Notes: a model not told the origin generated them from the sequence alone. A stretch of 64,000 nt of DNA from an uncultured Chloroflexia bacterium (GCA_963766735.1 CAVYBU010000007.1:96001-160000), one strand, 5' to 3'; counted from the stretch's first letter, positions 31,328 to 41,189 are shown. Made by a program: numbers and translations.

Positions 31328-31815
31328 GTCACCCTTGATCCGTCACGACCCGGTAGTGTGCTGTCAGAGCGCGCCTCGTAGACCACCCGGGCAAACGGCC
31401 AGTCGCGGTCGAGCCAGTCCGAGACCACGCGGTAGAGGGTCGCGTCGAGATCGGCGTCCGCCGCGCGCACCCAGGACCGAACCGCGGCGCCGGGGCCGTC
31501 TTTCGCGGGGTAGATGTAGAGGCAGCCGATCACCTCGTCGACGTCCGGGGCAAGCACCGTGAAGGTGAAGCCGACGCGGGCGACGAAGTCGGCGGCGTGG
31601 CGTTCGAGGTCGCCCAGGTTCGCCTCGAGCGTCATCGCCATCGGCCAGTCCCTCCCCTCCCAGCCCGGCGTCGCGTGGATGTGCTCGATGCTCGACGACC
31701 AGGCAGCGAAATCGGACACGTTGTGCTCCGGGCCGAGCGGACGGAGCCGGAACTCGGGCGCGTCGAGTCCGGTAGGCGGGACGAACGACGGAACGACGAA
31801 GAGCTCGGCACTCAC
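31297..31815 (-). CDS. GNAT/RimJ-like acetyltransferase-fold protein
   Basis: GTG 31815 (GTGA overlap); FRLRPLGPEHN.SD, DLERHA.DF, IGCLYIYP, SWVRA. Confidence 0.75.
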   Translation of the reverse strand: MSAELFVVPSFVPPTGLDAPEFRLRPLGPEHNVSDFAAWSSSIEHIHATPGWEGRDWPMAMTLEANLGDLERHAADFVARVGFTFTVLAPDVDEVIGCLYIYPAKDGPGAAVRSWVRAADADLDATLYRVVSDWLDRDWPFARVVYEARSDSTLPGRDGSRVTQIGMQISVT

Positions 31816-32759
31816 CTCGGCACCGCGTGGCCCCGGGCGAACCAGTCGAGGACGCGCATCGCGCGGAGCGTGTTCCAGCGGCTCGGCTTGCCCACGCCGA
31901 CCTCCATCTCGAAGTGGACCTCGCCCTCGCAGGACGTTCTGGAGCGGCCACCGGCCGTCGGCATCCCGGGCCGCTGCGACGATCCCGATCGCCTCGGCGA
32001 CGCGCTCGTCCGGCCTGACGCCGGCGTCGCGGAGGTAGTCGAGGGCGCGCAGGACGTCGTAGTGGTACCAGTGCGGGAACGAGAACTGGAGCCAGGTGGG
32101 GTCGATCACCTCGCCGGTCGACTTCCGGCGGAACAACCGGCGCTCGAGCAGGTAGGCCTCGCCGCGGCGGCGGGCCTCCCCTACCCTGGCCGAGCCGCCG
32201 ATCGCCCGCTCGTACTGGAGCAGGCCCTCGAGGACGTTGATCGTCGTCTCCAACGACGACACCGTCGCGCCGCGCTCGACCTCGCAGTTCCAGCCGCCGT
32301 CGGGAGCTGCTCGCCGAGGAGCCGGTCCACGAGCGGCGTCATGTCCACGCCGAAGTACGAGCCGGTCGAGACGACGTTGCCGTTGATGCACGGCTCGACC
32401 TCGCCCTCGAAGAGCCTGTTGTCGGCCCAGGGGGCGTCCGCCCAAGGGGAGCCGTCCCGCCAGATCACGTGCTCGAGGACGAGGCCGACGGCCCGCCGGG
32501 CCTGCTCGCTCTCGGGAGGCAGTCCCAGCAGCCGCAGCAGCTCCAGGACGTGGAATGTGTCGGTCAAGTCGTGCGACCAGGCCTTGCCACCCCACAAGCC
32601 GTCCGGCGCCTGGAGCGCGAGCAGCCGGGCGCCCCAGCCCTCGGTCGCGACCCGCGACCGCTCGGCGGCGATGACGTCCGCGGGCTCGTGCGGAAGGTCC
32701 CGCATCACCTGCCAGCGGATGGAGGGATCGGATTCGAGCAGCCAGTCGATGACGGTCAT
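31812..32759 (-). pseudogene. Prenyltransferase/squalene-cyclase-repeat protein with two frameshifts (~32303, ~31930)
   Basis: MTVIDWLLESDPSIRWQV, Q.PDG.WG, EPCING / DGGWNC, WYHYDVLRALDY / GKPSRWNTLRA.RVL.W found in successive frames. Confidence 0.8.
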
Positions 32760-32929
32760 GTCCTACCTCGCTCCAGCTCCCCCGATTGGCCCCGGTTTCG
32801 AGGCCGACAGGCTAGCTGAGCGCCGCCCGGATGTCTGTTGGCGGGCGCGGCCCCCGTGAGTAGGCTGTCTCGTACACCTACGAACCTGGTGATGCGACTC
32901 CCCGAAGCATCCCCGCATGGAGGCGCGCC

Positions 32930-33511
32930 GTGGCCGAGGTCCTTCTGTTCCACCACGCTCAGGGGCTGACCCCCGGCGTCCGCGCGTTTGCCGACGAGCT
33001 GCGGGCCGCCGGGCACACGGTGCACGCGCCCGACCTGTTCGACGGACGCACCTTTCCGTCGATCGACGAGGGCATGACCTTCATCGAAGCGGCCGGGTTC
33101 GACGACCTCCGGGCGCGCGGCATCCGCATGGCCGACGACCTGCCCGAGGATCTCGTGTATGCCGGGTTCTCCTTCGGCGTGACGATCGCCCAGCAGCTGG
33201 CCCAGACGCGACCCGGAGCCCGCGGAGCGCTGCTCTTCTACTCCTGCGTCCCGATCAGCGGTGAGTGGGCCTTCGGACCCTGGCCCGACGGAGTCGCGGT
33301 CCAGATCCACGGCATGGACAACGACCCATTCTTCGTCGGCGAGGGCGACATCGACGCAGCGCGGGAGATCGTCGAGAAGGCCGAGGACGCGGAGCTCTTC
33401 CTCTACCCCGGCGACCAGCACTATTTCGCCGACAGCTCGCTCCCGTCGTACGACGCTGGGGCCACCGCGCTGCTCACCCGCCGGGTGCTGGAGTTCCTGG
33501 ACCGAGTCTGA
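32930..33511 (+). CDS. Dienelactone hydrolase family protein
   Basis: HHAQGLT, GFSFG nucleophile elbow, YPGDQHYF. Confidence 0.9.
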   Translation: MAEVLLFHHAQGLTPGVRAFADELRAAGHTVHAPDLFDGRTFPSIDEGMTFIEAAGFDDLRARGIRMADDLPEDLVYAGFSFGVTIAQQLAQTRPGARGALLFYSCVPISGEWAFGPWPDGVAVQIHGMDNDPFFVGEGDIDAAREIVEKAEDAELFLYPGDQHYFADSSLPSYDAGATALLTRRVLEFLDRV

Positions 33512-33584
33512 TCCGACCGACCGCCGTCGATCGCGTGTACCCTCGGTGTCCAGGCGGGGAGCCGCGCATGCGACGATCAGCACC

Positions 33585-34463
33585 GTGAACCGTCTCCTCG
33601 TCGTCGACTTCGCCAACATCGCCCACCGCGCCTACTTCGCGGGACGCGGCAATCCTCTGTTCGCGCCGGACGGGCGGCCGGTGTTCCTGGTCAGCACGTT
33701 CCTGCGCTTCGTGCTCGCGCGGATCCGCGAGGAGAAGGTCACCCACGTCGCGCTGGCGTTCGAGAGCACGACCGGCTCGAGACGCCGCGAGCTGCATCCC
33801 GACTACAAGCCGCGCAAGGCGCCGGAGCCCGATGACCTCGTGGTGCAGCTGCGTGACGCCAACATCACCGCGGGCCGCATGGGCTGGGCCCGGTATCGCG
33901 CGGAGGGTTGGGAGGCAGACGACGCGATGGCCGGGATCGCGGACGCTGCCCTCGCGGCGGGCTTCGACGAGGTCCTGCTCCACACCGGCGACCACGATCT
34001 GCTGGGCATGGTCAGCGCCCGGGTGGCGGTGCTGATGCCGCGTACCGGTGGAGGCGTCGACCGGTACGGGCCCGCCGAAGTCGAGGAGCGGAGCCCCTAC
34101 CGCGTGCCGCCGGCACTCGTTGCGGACGTGAAGGCCCTGATGGGCGACGCGACCGACGGCTACGGCGGGGTTCGGGGCATCGGGCCGTCGGTGGGGCCGG
34201 AGCTGGTGCGACGTTTCGGGTCGCTGGCGGCCCTGTACGACCGGATCGAGGAGGTCGAGGCCGTGGGCGTGCGCAACCGTCTGCTCGCCGGGCGCGCAGA
34301 CGCCTTCCGCTGCCTCGATCTCGCCACGCTGCGTCGCGGCGCTCCCCTCTCCCCTGCCTACGATCCCGAAGCGGGGCGTGTCGGTACGCACGATCCGGAT
34401 CGTGCCTCCGCATGGCTCACCCGCATGGGCCTGGAACATCTGATCCGCGCCCTGGGCCCGTAG
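33585..34463 (+). CDS. Stand-alone 5'-3' exonuclease (PolI N-terminal / FEN-like)
   Basis: VDFAN..HRAYF, YKPR, EADD, TGDHDL, LMGDATD...GVRGIG (H3TH). Confidence 0.88.
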   Translation: MNRLLVVDFANIAHRAYFAGRGNPLFAPDGRPVFLVSTFLRFVLARIREEKVTHVALAFESTTGSRRRELHPDYKPRKAPEPDDLVVQLRDANITAGRMGWARYRAEGWEADDAMAGIADAALAAGFDEVLLHTGDHDLLGMVSARVAVLMPRTGGGVDRYGPAEVEERSPYRVPPALVADVKALMGDATDGYGGVRGIGPSVGPELVRRFGSLAALYDRIEEVEAVGVRNRLLAGRADAFRCLDLATLRRGAPLSPAYDPEAGRVGTHDPDRASAWLTRMGLEHLIRALGP

Positions 34464-34597
34464 GCCGGCGAGGTCGCCAAGGAGGCGAGCTTCAACGGCC
34501 TGAGGCGCCCTCCCCTACCCTGCCTGGGCGCTGACGACACCGTCAGCGCGAAGCCGGCCGTGCCTGATCCCGGTGGATCGGACGGTATCCTCCGGGG

Positions 34598-35140
34598 ATG
34601 TGGGAGGACATCGCGATCGAACGAGGTCCCGAGGGCACCATCTCGGACGCCGCGCGGGCGGATCTCGTCGCGCGCAGCGCCGCGGAGGTCGCCGCGGCCA
34701 TCGCGTGGGTCGAGGCCCACGAGGACCGCGTGGCTTCGCTTGCCAGCGACCAGAGCCGGGACGACGAGGCCCGGGCGAGCTTCCGGGAGGCCCAGCGCGT
34801 CCGTGAGCTGCTCCGGGTCAGGGCCTACTCGATCGAGGCCGCCAGGACATGGGCGGAGCTCACCGCAGCCGAGCAGGGAGCTCTGCTCGCTCGCGCCGAG
34901 CGCGCGGGGCTCGACACCTCCGAGAAGACCGCGACCGCGGCCATCGGGATCATCCTCAACCAGCTCGTCGTCGCTCGACTGGTCGCGCTCGCGACGGCTA
35001 CCAAGAACGGCGAGGCGTCCGTCGGCGAGGCGATGATCGCGCTTCCGATCCGCTTCCAGCTGGAGGTCATCGCCGAGACGGGCGGCGATCTCCGCGTGCC
35101 GGGTGAGGTCCTCCGGATCATCGACGCCTCAGCCGGCTGA
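34598..35140 (+). CDS. Hypothetical helical protein
   Basis: TATCCT 6 nt before ATG; host-like codon usage. Confidence 0.7.
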   Translation: MWEDIAIERGPEGTISDAARADLVARSAAEVAAAIAWVEAHEDRVASLASDQSRDDEARASFREAQRVRELLRVRAYSIEAARTWAELTAAEQGALLARAERAGLDTSEKTATAAIGIILNQLVVARLVALATATKNGEASVGEAMIALPIRFQLEVIAETGGDLRVPGEVLRIIDASAG

Positions 35141-35178
35141 CGTCGAGGAACTGCGCCGTACGGAAACCGGGATCCCGG

Positions 35179-36324
35179 TCAATCGGCCGGGTGCTCCTCC
35201 ACCCAATGCCGCAGGCTGCCGCGCCAAAGCGCCCGCCCGTGGAACGAGACGTCCGGGCCGATCGCCCGCAGCCCGCCGTACCACTGGAGCGTCTTGAGCA
35301 GCGGGGTCACCTGGGAGCCATAGGCCTCCATGCAGGCCTTGGGCTGGACGCCAGGCCACGAGTAGCACGAGACCACCGTGCGCCGCTCAGCGGTGGGTAT
35401 CCCGGGAGGCAGGCGGTCCCAGGCCGGGTCCTCCGGTCCGAACTCCCACTGGTCCAGGTTGCCCTGCGGGATGCCCTCGATCCCGCGCACCACCGGCGGA
35501 TCGTCATCGAGGAGATACGGATCGACCGCAAGGTCACAGACGATCGCATGAGCGGGCAGCAGGCCGAGCCAGGCATTGGGGAACAGGGGCCGCGAAGTAT
35601 CGCGGCGAGCCGTCGCGTCGACGAGGATGTCCGTCAGTGGCAGGCGGTGCCGGAAGTAGGCCTCGTTGCCGGCCAGGCTCTGCTCGGCGACCACCACCTC
35701 AACCCCGGGCAGGCCCTCGCGGATGAACCGCTCGCTGCGCGTCTCGTCACCGCACCTGGCGGCCCATTCGATTGCGTGCTTGCCAACCCCGCCCGCACCC
35801 AGGATCGTGACGCTGATTGCCGGGCGCGACCGCGAAAGCAGCGGCGGCCACCGCCGCTCGAGGGCGTCGAACGCGGCCGCCAGGCCGTTGCGGGCAACGT
35901 CGCGCAGATTCTGGACCAGGCGCCGCCCGTCGTCACCGGTGACCATGTCCAGGGCGATGGCCTCGATGCGCAGGTCGCGCAGCAGATCGACGCGTTCGGG
36001 CCGAGTGGCGAAGTGGAGCATCGAGAGCAGGATCGCGCCGGGCCGGATCAGCTCGTAGCGGCCTTCAGGGGCCCGGAGCACCACCACGATGTCCTGGCGG
36101 TATGCCGTGGCCTCGTCGACGATGTGAACGCGTGGTGAGCCGGCGACATAGTCGTCATCGGAGATGCCCATGCCCTCCCCGCTCCCGGCCTCGACGTACA
36201 CATCGATTCCCAGGTTCGCGAGCAGGCCTGTCAGCGGTGGCAGAAACGCGCGGCGCTCTCCGGGCTCGTTGTACATCCGCGGGAAGCCAATCGTGAGTCG
36301 GCGGTCGTTCGCCATCCCCTGCAT
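35179..36324 (-). CDS. AlaDH/PNT-family NAD(P)-dependent oxidoreductase, paralog 1
   Basis: IGFPRM..E.GERR, GAGGVG Rossmann motif, DILVDAT, CDLAVDPY, YSWPG. Confidence 0.8.
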   Translation of the reverse strand: MQGMANDRRLTIGFPRMYNEPGERRAFLPPLTGLLANLGIDVYVEAGSGEGMGISDDDYVAGSPRVHIVDEATAYRQDIVVVLRAPEGRYELIRPGAILLSMLHFATRPERVDLLRDLRIEAIALDMVTGDDGRRLVQNLRDVARNGLAAAFDALERRWPPLLSRSRPAISVTILGAGGVGKHAIEWAARCGDETRSERFIREGLPGVEVVVAEQSLAGNEAYFRHRLPLTDILVDATARRDTSRPLFPNAWLGLLPAHAIVCDLAVDPYLLDDDPPVVRGIEGIPQGNLDQWEFGPEDPAWDRLPPGIPTAERRTVVSCYSWPGVQPKACMEAYGSQVTPLLKTLQWYGGLRAIGPDVSFHGRALWRGSLRHWVEEHPAD

Positions 36325-36360
36325 CTGTCGTCCTTCCTCTGGGGGACGCCTCTCCCTCGC

Positions 36361-36771
36361 CTACGCTCGCGCTCCCGACGTGCCCGGAGCCGGGCCTGCC
36401 GCGGCGGCCCTGGATCGGACCCGGGCGCTCAGGATGCCAAACAGGAGGCCGAGGGCAAGGCGTCGGAGCATCTCGGACCTGCGGACCTGCCAGCCCTCCG
36501 CCAGCGCCGATTCGACCCCGGGGTCGAGGAGGAGCCGTGCCCCGGCGACCGTCGCTGCACCCGCGGTCGCGGCCTCAAGCCGGACGAGGCGGCGGATGGT
36601 CCCAGTGCTGCTGTTCGTCGCCAGGTTCGCGAGGTCGGCCACGAGGATCCCGGCGGTCACAGCGGTCACGACGGCCGCACCAGGCCACCGGAGACGCTTG
36701 ATCGCAAGCTGCGAGATCGGCAGGCCTGCGCCGACGACAATGGTGACTGCCAGATCGATCTGACGGCGCAT
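36361..36771 (-). CDS. Small membrane protein
   Basis: GGAGG RBS; several hydrophobic segments. Confidence 0.65.
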   Translation of the reverse strand: MRRQIDLAVTIVVGAGLPISQLAIKRLRWPGAAVVTAVTAGILVADLANLATNSSTGTIRRLVRLEAATAGAATVAGARLLLDPGVESALAEGWQVRRSEMLRRLALGLLFGILSARVRSRAAAAGPAPGTSGARA

Positions 36772-36973
36772 GGGGACCTCCGACGTGACAGGACAGCGGG
36801 GCTGCCCGGTGCCAGGATCTGTTCGGGCGAGGCCAGTGCGAGCACCCGTTGGCGATCATCCTACCCGCCCCCGACGTATCGCTGGTCGCCTCCGTCGTGG
36901 TGCCCAGCCGCACCACTCCCGGGGCGGTGATGTCCGGGCGAACGCCCCAACGACGCTACCCCGTCCAGCAACG

Positions 36974-37243
36974 CTACTGCTGCTCACGCGACGAGTTGCC
37001 CCCGTCCTCCTCGCTCCCCTGCCGGCCCCGGTATGCGGCCAGGTCCTGCTTCGCCTTGCGGTCGATGAACGGCACCAGGAACGGGAGCATGAACAGACCG
37101 GCGACCAGGAGTGGCACGAATAGCATCACGATCCCAAGCGCCATGTCGGGCAGCACCGCGGACACCACCTGCACCCCCACCCAGTAGCCAACCATCCCGG
37201 CCGGCAGGGAGAGGATGAGCAGGATGTTGGGCATGAAGCGCAT
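36974..37243 (-). CDS. Small two-TM membrane protein
   Basis: TACGAT 6 nt before ATG 37243; two hydrophobic helices then DRKAKQDL. Confidence 0.7.
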   Translation of the reverse strand: MRFMPNILLILSLPAGMVGYWVGVQVVSAVLPDMALGIVMLFVPLLVAGLFMLPFLVPFIDRKAKQDLAAYRGRQGSEEDGGNSSREQQ

Positions 37244-37325
37244 CGACCGATCGTACCCCTCATCGCCGAGGACTTCGTGCAACCATGGGGATGCACGAGT
37301 CCAGGCAAGGATGAGGGCTGAGGTC

Positions 37326-38564
37326 ATGGCGTCAGAGAAGCATCGGGTTGTCGTGCCTGGCGAGGCCACGCCCCTGGGCGGTCAGGCGATCGCCGACGTC
37401 GAGGCGCATGCGGCGCACAACTACCATCCGCTGCCGGTCGTGCTCGCCTGGGGCGAGGGCGCCTGGGTCCACGATGTCGATGGACGCCGGTACCTCGACA
37501 TGCTCGCCGGCTACAGCGCCCTCAACTTCGGGCACCGCAATCCACGTCTCGTCGCGGCGGCCGAACGCCAGCTCGGGCGGCTCACGCTCACGGGCCGGGC
37601 GTTCCACAACGATCTGCTGGGGACCTTCGCGTCGGAGCTGGCGGCACTGTGCGGGATGGACATGATCCTGCCCATGAACACGGGTGCCGAGGCCGTGGAG
37701 ACGGCGCTCAAGATGGCTCGCAAGTGGGGCTACCAGGCGAAGGGAGTGCCCGAGGGCAGGGCCAGGATCATCGTCTTCGGTGGCAACTTCCACGGACGGA
37801 CGACAACGATCATCAGCTTCTCCGACGACCCGGCCGCTCGTGCCGGCTTTGGGCCCTACACGCCCGGCTTCACCGAGGTTCCGTTCGGAGATGCTGAGGC
37901 ACTTGGCCGGGCCATCGACGCGGACACGGTGGCGGTCCTGCTCGAGCCCATCCAGGGCGAAGCGGGGGTCATCATTCCGCCCGCAGGCTTCCTGCGCGAC
38001 GTGCGCCGGCTATGTACCGATAACGGCGTATTGATGCTCGCGGACGAGATCCAGGCGGGGCTGGGCCGAACGGGCGAGACCTTCGCGTGCGACCACGAGG
38101 GCGTCGTGCCCGACGCGTACATCCTGGGCAAGGCTCTCGGCGGCGGGATCATGCCGGTCTCGGCAGTCGTGGCGTCGGCGGAGGTGATGGGAGTCTTCCG
38201 GCCAGGCGAGCACGGCAGCACCTTCGGTGGCAACCCGCTCGCATGCGCGATCGGCATCGAGGTGGTGCGGATGCTCGAGACCGACGAGCTCCAGGCCCGG
38301 ACCCGCGAGCTCGGAGCCGTCCTGCAGGACCTCCTCGAAACCCTGCCGCCCGACCGCGTCTCCGCCGTTCGGACACGCGGGCTGTGGGCCGGGATCGACA
38401 TCGTGGGCCGGACCGGGCGCGACGTATGTGAAGGCCTCATGCGGCGGGGCGTGCTCGCGAAGGACACCCACGGCTCCACGATCCGCCTCGCACCGCCGCT
38501 GGTGATCGAGCGCGCCGATCTCGAATGGGCGGTGGATCAGCTCCGCGAGGAGCTCGCGTCCTAG
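37326..38564 (+). CDS. rocD: Ornithine--oxo-acid aminotransferase
   Basis: AHNYHPLPVV, YSALNFGH, MNTGAEAVETA, EPIQGEAG, DEIQ.GLGRTG, LGKALGGG, HGSTFGGNPL. Confidence 0.93.
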   Translation: MASEKHRVVVPGEATPLGGQAIADVEAHAAHNYHPLPVVLAWGEGAWVHDVDGRRYLDMLAGYSALNFGHRNPRLVAAAERQLGRLTLTGRAFHNDLLGTFASELAALCGMDMILPMNTGAEAVETALKMARKWGYQAKGVPEGRARIIVFGGNFHGRTTTIISFSDDPAARAGFGPYTPGFTEVPFGDAEALGRAIDADTVAVLLEPIQGEAGVIIPPAGFLRDVRRLCTDNGVLMLADEIQAGLGRTGETFACDHEGVVPDAYILGKALGGGIMPVSAVVASAEVMGVFRPGEHGSTFGGNPLACAIGIEVVRMLETDELQARTRELGAVLQDLLETLPPDRVSAVRTRGLWAGIDIVGRTGRDVCEGLMRRGVLAKDTHGSTIRLAPPLVIERADLEWAVDQLREELAS

Positions 38565-38614
38565 ACCGCTGGGACCGCAGCTCGCGCACCCGGGCAACCG
38601 GCATTGACCGGGCG

Positions 38615-38779
38615 CTACCGCCTGTCGTTGCGACGCGCCTCCACCTCTCCCTTGGGCATGACGATGATGCGGCCCCCGCATCGACAGCGGCGGCTCAGCG
38701 CCTCTGCCTTCTGGAACGCAGTCCGCAGGCAGGTCCCGCAGACGGAAACCTCGCCGACCTTCACGCGATGCCGACCCAC
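38615..38779 (-). CDS. Candidate small zinc-ribbon protein (49-54 aa), below the ORF-track cutoff
   Basis: Manual translation: ...VKVGEVSVCGTCLRTAFQKAEALSRRCRCGGRIIVMPKGEVEARRNDRR; start uncertain (GTG 38779 or 38764). Confidence 0.5.
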   Translation of the reverse strand: MGRHRVKVGEVSVCGTCLRTAFQKAEALSRRCRCGGRIIVMPKGEVEARRNDRR

Positions 38780-38800
38780 GCTCCTGCCGAGGGACCCGGC

Positions 38801-39841
38801 TCAGGCCACCGCAACTGGTCGCTCGATGGCAGCATCGGGCATGAAACGGCGATCGACGAGGACCCGGACGACGTAGGTGATCTCCAGGTCGGCGCCGTCG
38901 AACGACGGGGCCATGCCGGGCGGCAGCGCCAGCGCGACCTCCGCGTTCCCGGACCGCAAGGCGTCCGAACCCATCGTCGCGACCGCGACAATGTCCTCTG
39001 TGCCGTTCGGCGCGTTCGTGCGGCGGTGAAGCTCGATGCGGGCGGGTCCGCCAGGAGCACCGGGCCACGCGGCACGGACTCCAAGGGTGGAGCCGGGAGC
39101 AGCGGGTAGCCGGCTCGTGACTTCGATGGTCGCCCCGTTCACGGTCACGATCTCGAGCATCGCCATGCCACCCTGCTTGCCGACTCCGGCCCGGATGAGG
39201 TCCGGGTGCTGGGCGACCGGAACGAGAATCGCCACGAACGCGTCGTCGCCCATGGCCACGTCCCAGCGAGCCTCCAGGGCCCAGGCCACGATCGCCTCGC
39301 CGAGGTGGGCGCTCGGCGGCCCGAGGCGCGGGGCCGGAACCGAGAAGCGTGTCTCGAACACTTGACCGTCGGCGAGGCTTGAGGGGATCGCGGGGGTCAG
39401 GAAGGCATCCTCCACGAACAGGCGCCCGTTGGCCTCGACCCAGTTCTCGGTGTGGCTGGTGTTCTTGCCGGTGTCGTGGGTCTCGCTCCTCCGCTCCTCC
39501 ACGAGGCGGAGCCCCACCAGTCGCAGGACGGCCTTGCGGGCCGAGATCGGCTCCCGGGCCACCAGGCGCAAAGAACCCTCGATCCCCTCCCCCACCCTCA
39601 CCGGGCCATCCAGGACGAACGACCCCTCCACGGGACCGTGCGACGGCCGCAGGAGCGCGTCGGCCGAGATGCCGTGCAGCGGGTGCGAGCCCTCGTACCC
39701 GGCGAGCCGGCTGCCGTTCGCGGCATCGAATGGTTCGGGGCAGCGCCCCTGGTGCGTCGTGTAGCCGTAGCCGCTGCCGCCGAACGAGATCGAGACCACG
39801 TCGCTCTCCAGTCGCCTCTGCACAGTGGGCGCCACTTCCAT
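38801..39841 (-). CDS. Hypothetical protein with arrestin/SpoOM-like beta-sandwich character
   Basis: Two similar beta-rich halves (PPSAH...WALEARWD; APSFD...YVVRVLVD); fold call is inference. Confidence 0.65.
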   Translation of the reverse strand: MEVAPTVQRRLESDVVSISFGGSGYGYTTHQGRCPEPFDAANGSRLAGYEGSHPLHGISADALLRPSHGPVEGSFVLDGPVRVGEGIEGSLRLVAREPISARKAVLRLVGLRLVEERRSETHDTGKNTSHTENWVEANGRLFVEDAFLTPAIPSSLADGQVFETRFSVPAPRLGPPSAHLGEAIVAWALEARWDVAMGDDAFVAILVPVAQHPDLIRAGVGKQGGMAMLEIVTVNGATIEVTSRLPAAPGSTLGVRAAWPGAPGGPARIELHRRTNAPNGTEDIVAVATMGSDALRSGNAEVALALPPGMAPSFDGADLEITYVVRVLVDRRFMPDAAIERPVAVA

Positions 39842-39994
39842 GACCCTGGGCCATGAGAGCGTACGCGTCTACGGCCAGTTGATGTGTCGCCGGGGTTCCC
39901 CTGGGTCCTCCTGGCTGACCGCGACGGGGCCTGTCGGCCGCGTCACTCACCCGCCGGCGCGCTAGGCTTGCGTGACGTAGTGGAGGTGGTCCGG

Positions 39995-41161
39995 ATGACC
40001 CAGGGTTCCAGTCGCCCATCCTTCGGGTTCCCACGGATGCACAAGGAGGCAGGTGAGAACCGTGACTTCCTGCCCCCGCTGATCGGCCTTCTCGCCGGCC
40101 AGGGCGCAGATGTGTTCGTGGAGTCCGGGATCGGGTCCGGGATGGGCTACTCGGACATGGACTACACCTCCGTCTCGTCCAACGTGCACGCCACGGACGA
40201 GGAGGGCGCCTACCGCCAGGACATCGTGGTGGTCCTCCGCGCGCCCGAGGGCCGCTACCAGATGCTGCGCCGCGGAGCCGTCTTGATCTCGATGCTGCAC
40301 TTCCCAACCCGGCCGGCACGCGTCGAGATGCTCTCGGAGCTGGGGATCGACGCCATCAGCCTCGACACGATCGTCGATGACGAGGGCAAGCGACTGATCG
40401 AGAACCTGCGAAGCGTTGCCTGGAACGGTGTTGGATCGGCGTTCCAGGCCCTGGAGCGCCAATGGCCGGCCCTGACGGTCCCCGGACGACCGCCGGTGAG
40501 GGTGACCATCATGGGCGCCGGGACAGTTGGCAAGCACGCAGTCGAGTTCGCCACGAAGTACGGCGACGACGCCCGCAACGAGGCATTCATGCGCCTTGGG
40601 TTGGCCGGCGTCGAGGTGGTGACCACCGGACGCAACCTCACCCGCGACCCGGAGTACCTCCGCGCGAGGCTCACGATGACCGACATCCTGGTGGACGCGA
40701 CGCAGCGCCACGACCCATCGATGCCTCTCATCCCGAACGAATGGCTGGGCCTCATGCCCGATCATGCCGTCGTCTGCGACCTCGTCGTGGACCCCTACCT
40801 GCTGGACAGCGATCCGGTGGTCGTGCGCGGCATCGAGGGCATCCCGCAGGGCGATCTCAACCAGTGGGAGTTCAGGCCGGACGATCCGGCCTGGGACGCG
40901 GTCCCGCCGAGCATTCCCACGGATCAGCGCCGGACGACGGTGTCCTGCTACTCCTGGCCCGGCGTCCGTCCGGAGCCCTGCATGTACGTCTACGGATCGC
41001 AGGTCGCGCCGATCCTCGAGACCCTGAGCCGCGCCGGTGGGCTGGACGGCGTTCGCCCCAGTGGCTCCTACCATGAGCGGGCGACCTGGCGCGCGAGCCT
41101 CCGGGCGTGGCGGATCGGCGAAGGAGCATCCATCGGGACACCGCCGCCCATCACCGGCTGA
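39995..41161 (+). CDS. AlaDH/PNT-family NAD(P)-dependent oxidoreductase, paralog 2
   Basis: GGAGG RBS; aligns end to end with 35179..36324 (FGFPRMHKEAGE, GAGTVG, DILVDAT, YSWPG). Confidence 0.8.
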   Translation: MTQGSSRPSFGFPRMHKEAGENRDFLPPLIGLLAGQGADVFVESGIGSGMGYSDMDYTSVSSNVHATDEEGAYRQDIVVVLRAPEGRYQMLRRGAVLISMLHFPTRPARVEMLSELGIDAISLDTIVDDEGKRLIENLRSVAWNGVGSAFQALERQWPALTVPGRPPVRVTIMGAGTVGKHAVEFATKYGDDARNEAFMRLGLAGVEVVTTGRNLTRDPEYLRARLTMTDILVDATQRHDPSMPLIPNEWLGLMPDHAVVCDLVVDPYLLDSDPVVVRGIEGIPQGDLNQWEFRPDDPAWDAVPPSIPTDQRRTTVSCYSWPGVRPEPCMYVYGSQVAPILETLSRAGGLDGVRPSGSYHERATWRASLRAWRIGEGASIGTPPPITG

Positions 41162-41189
41162 CGCGGCACCGCGCGGCCTGCCGGCCTCC

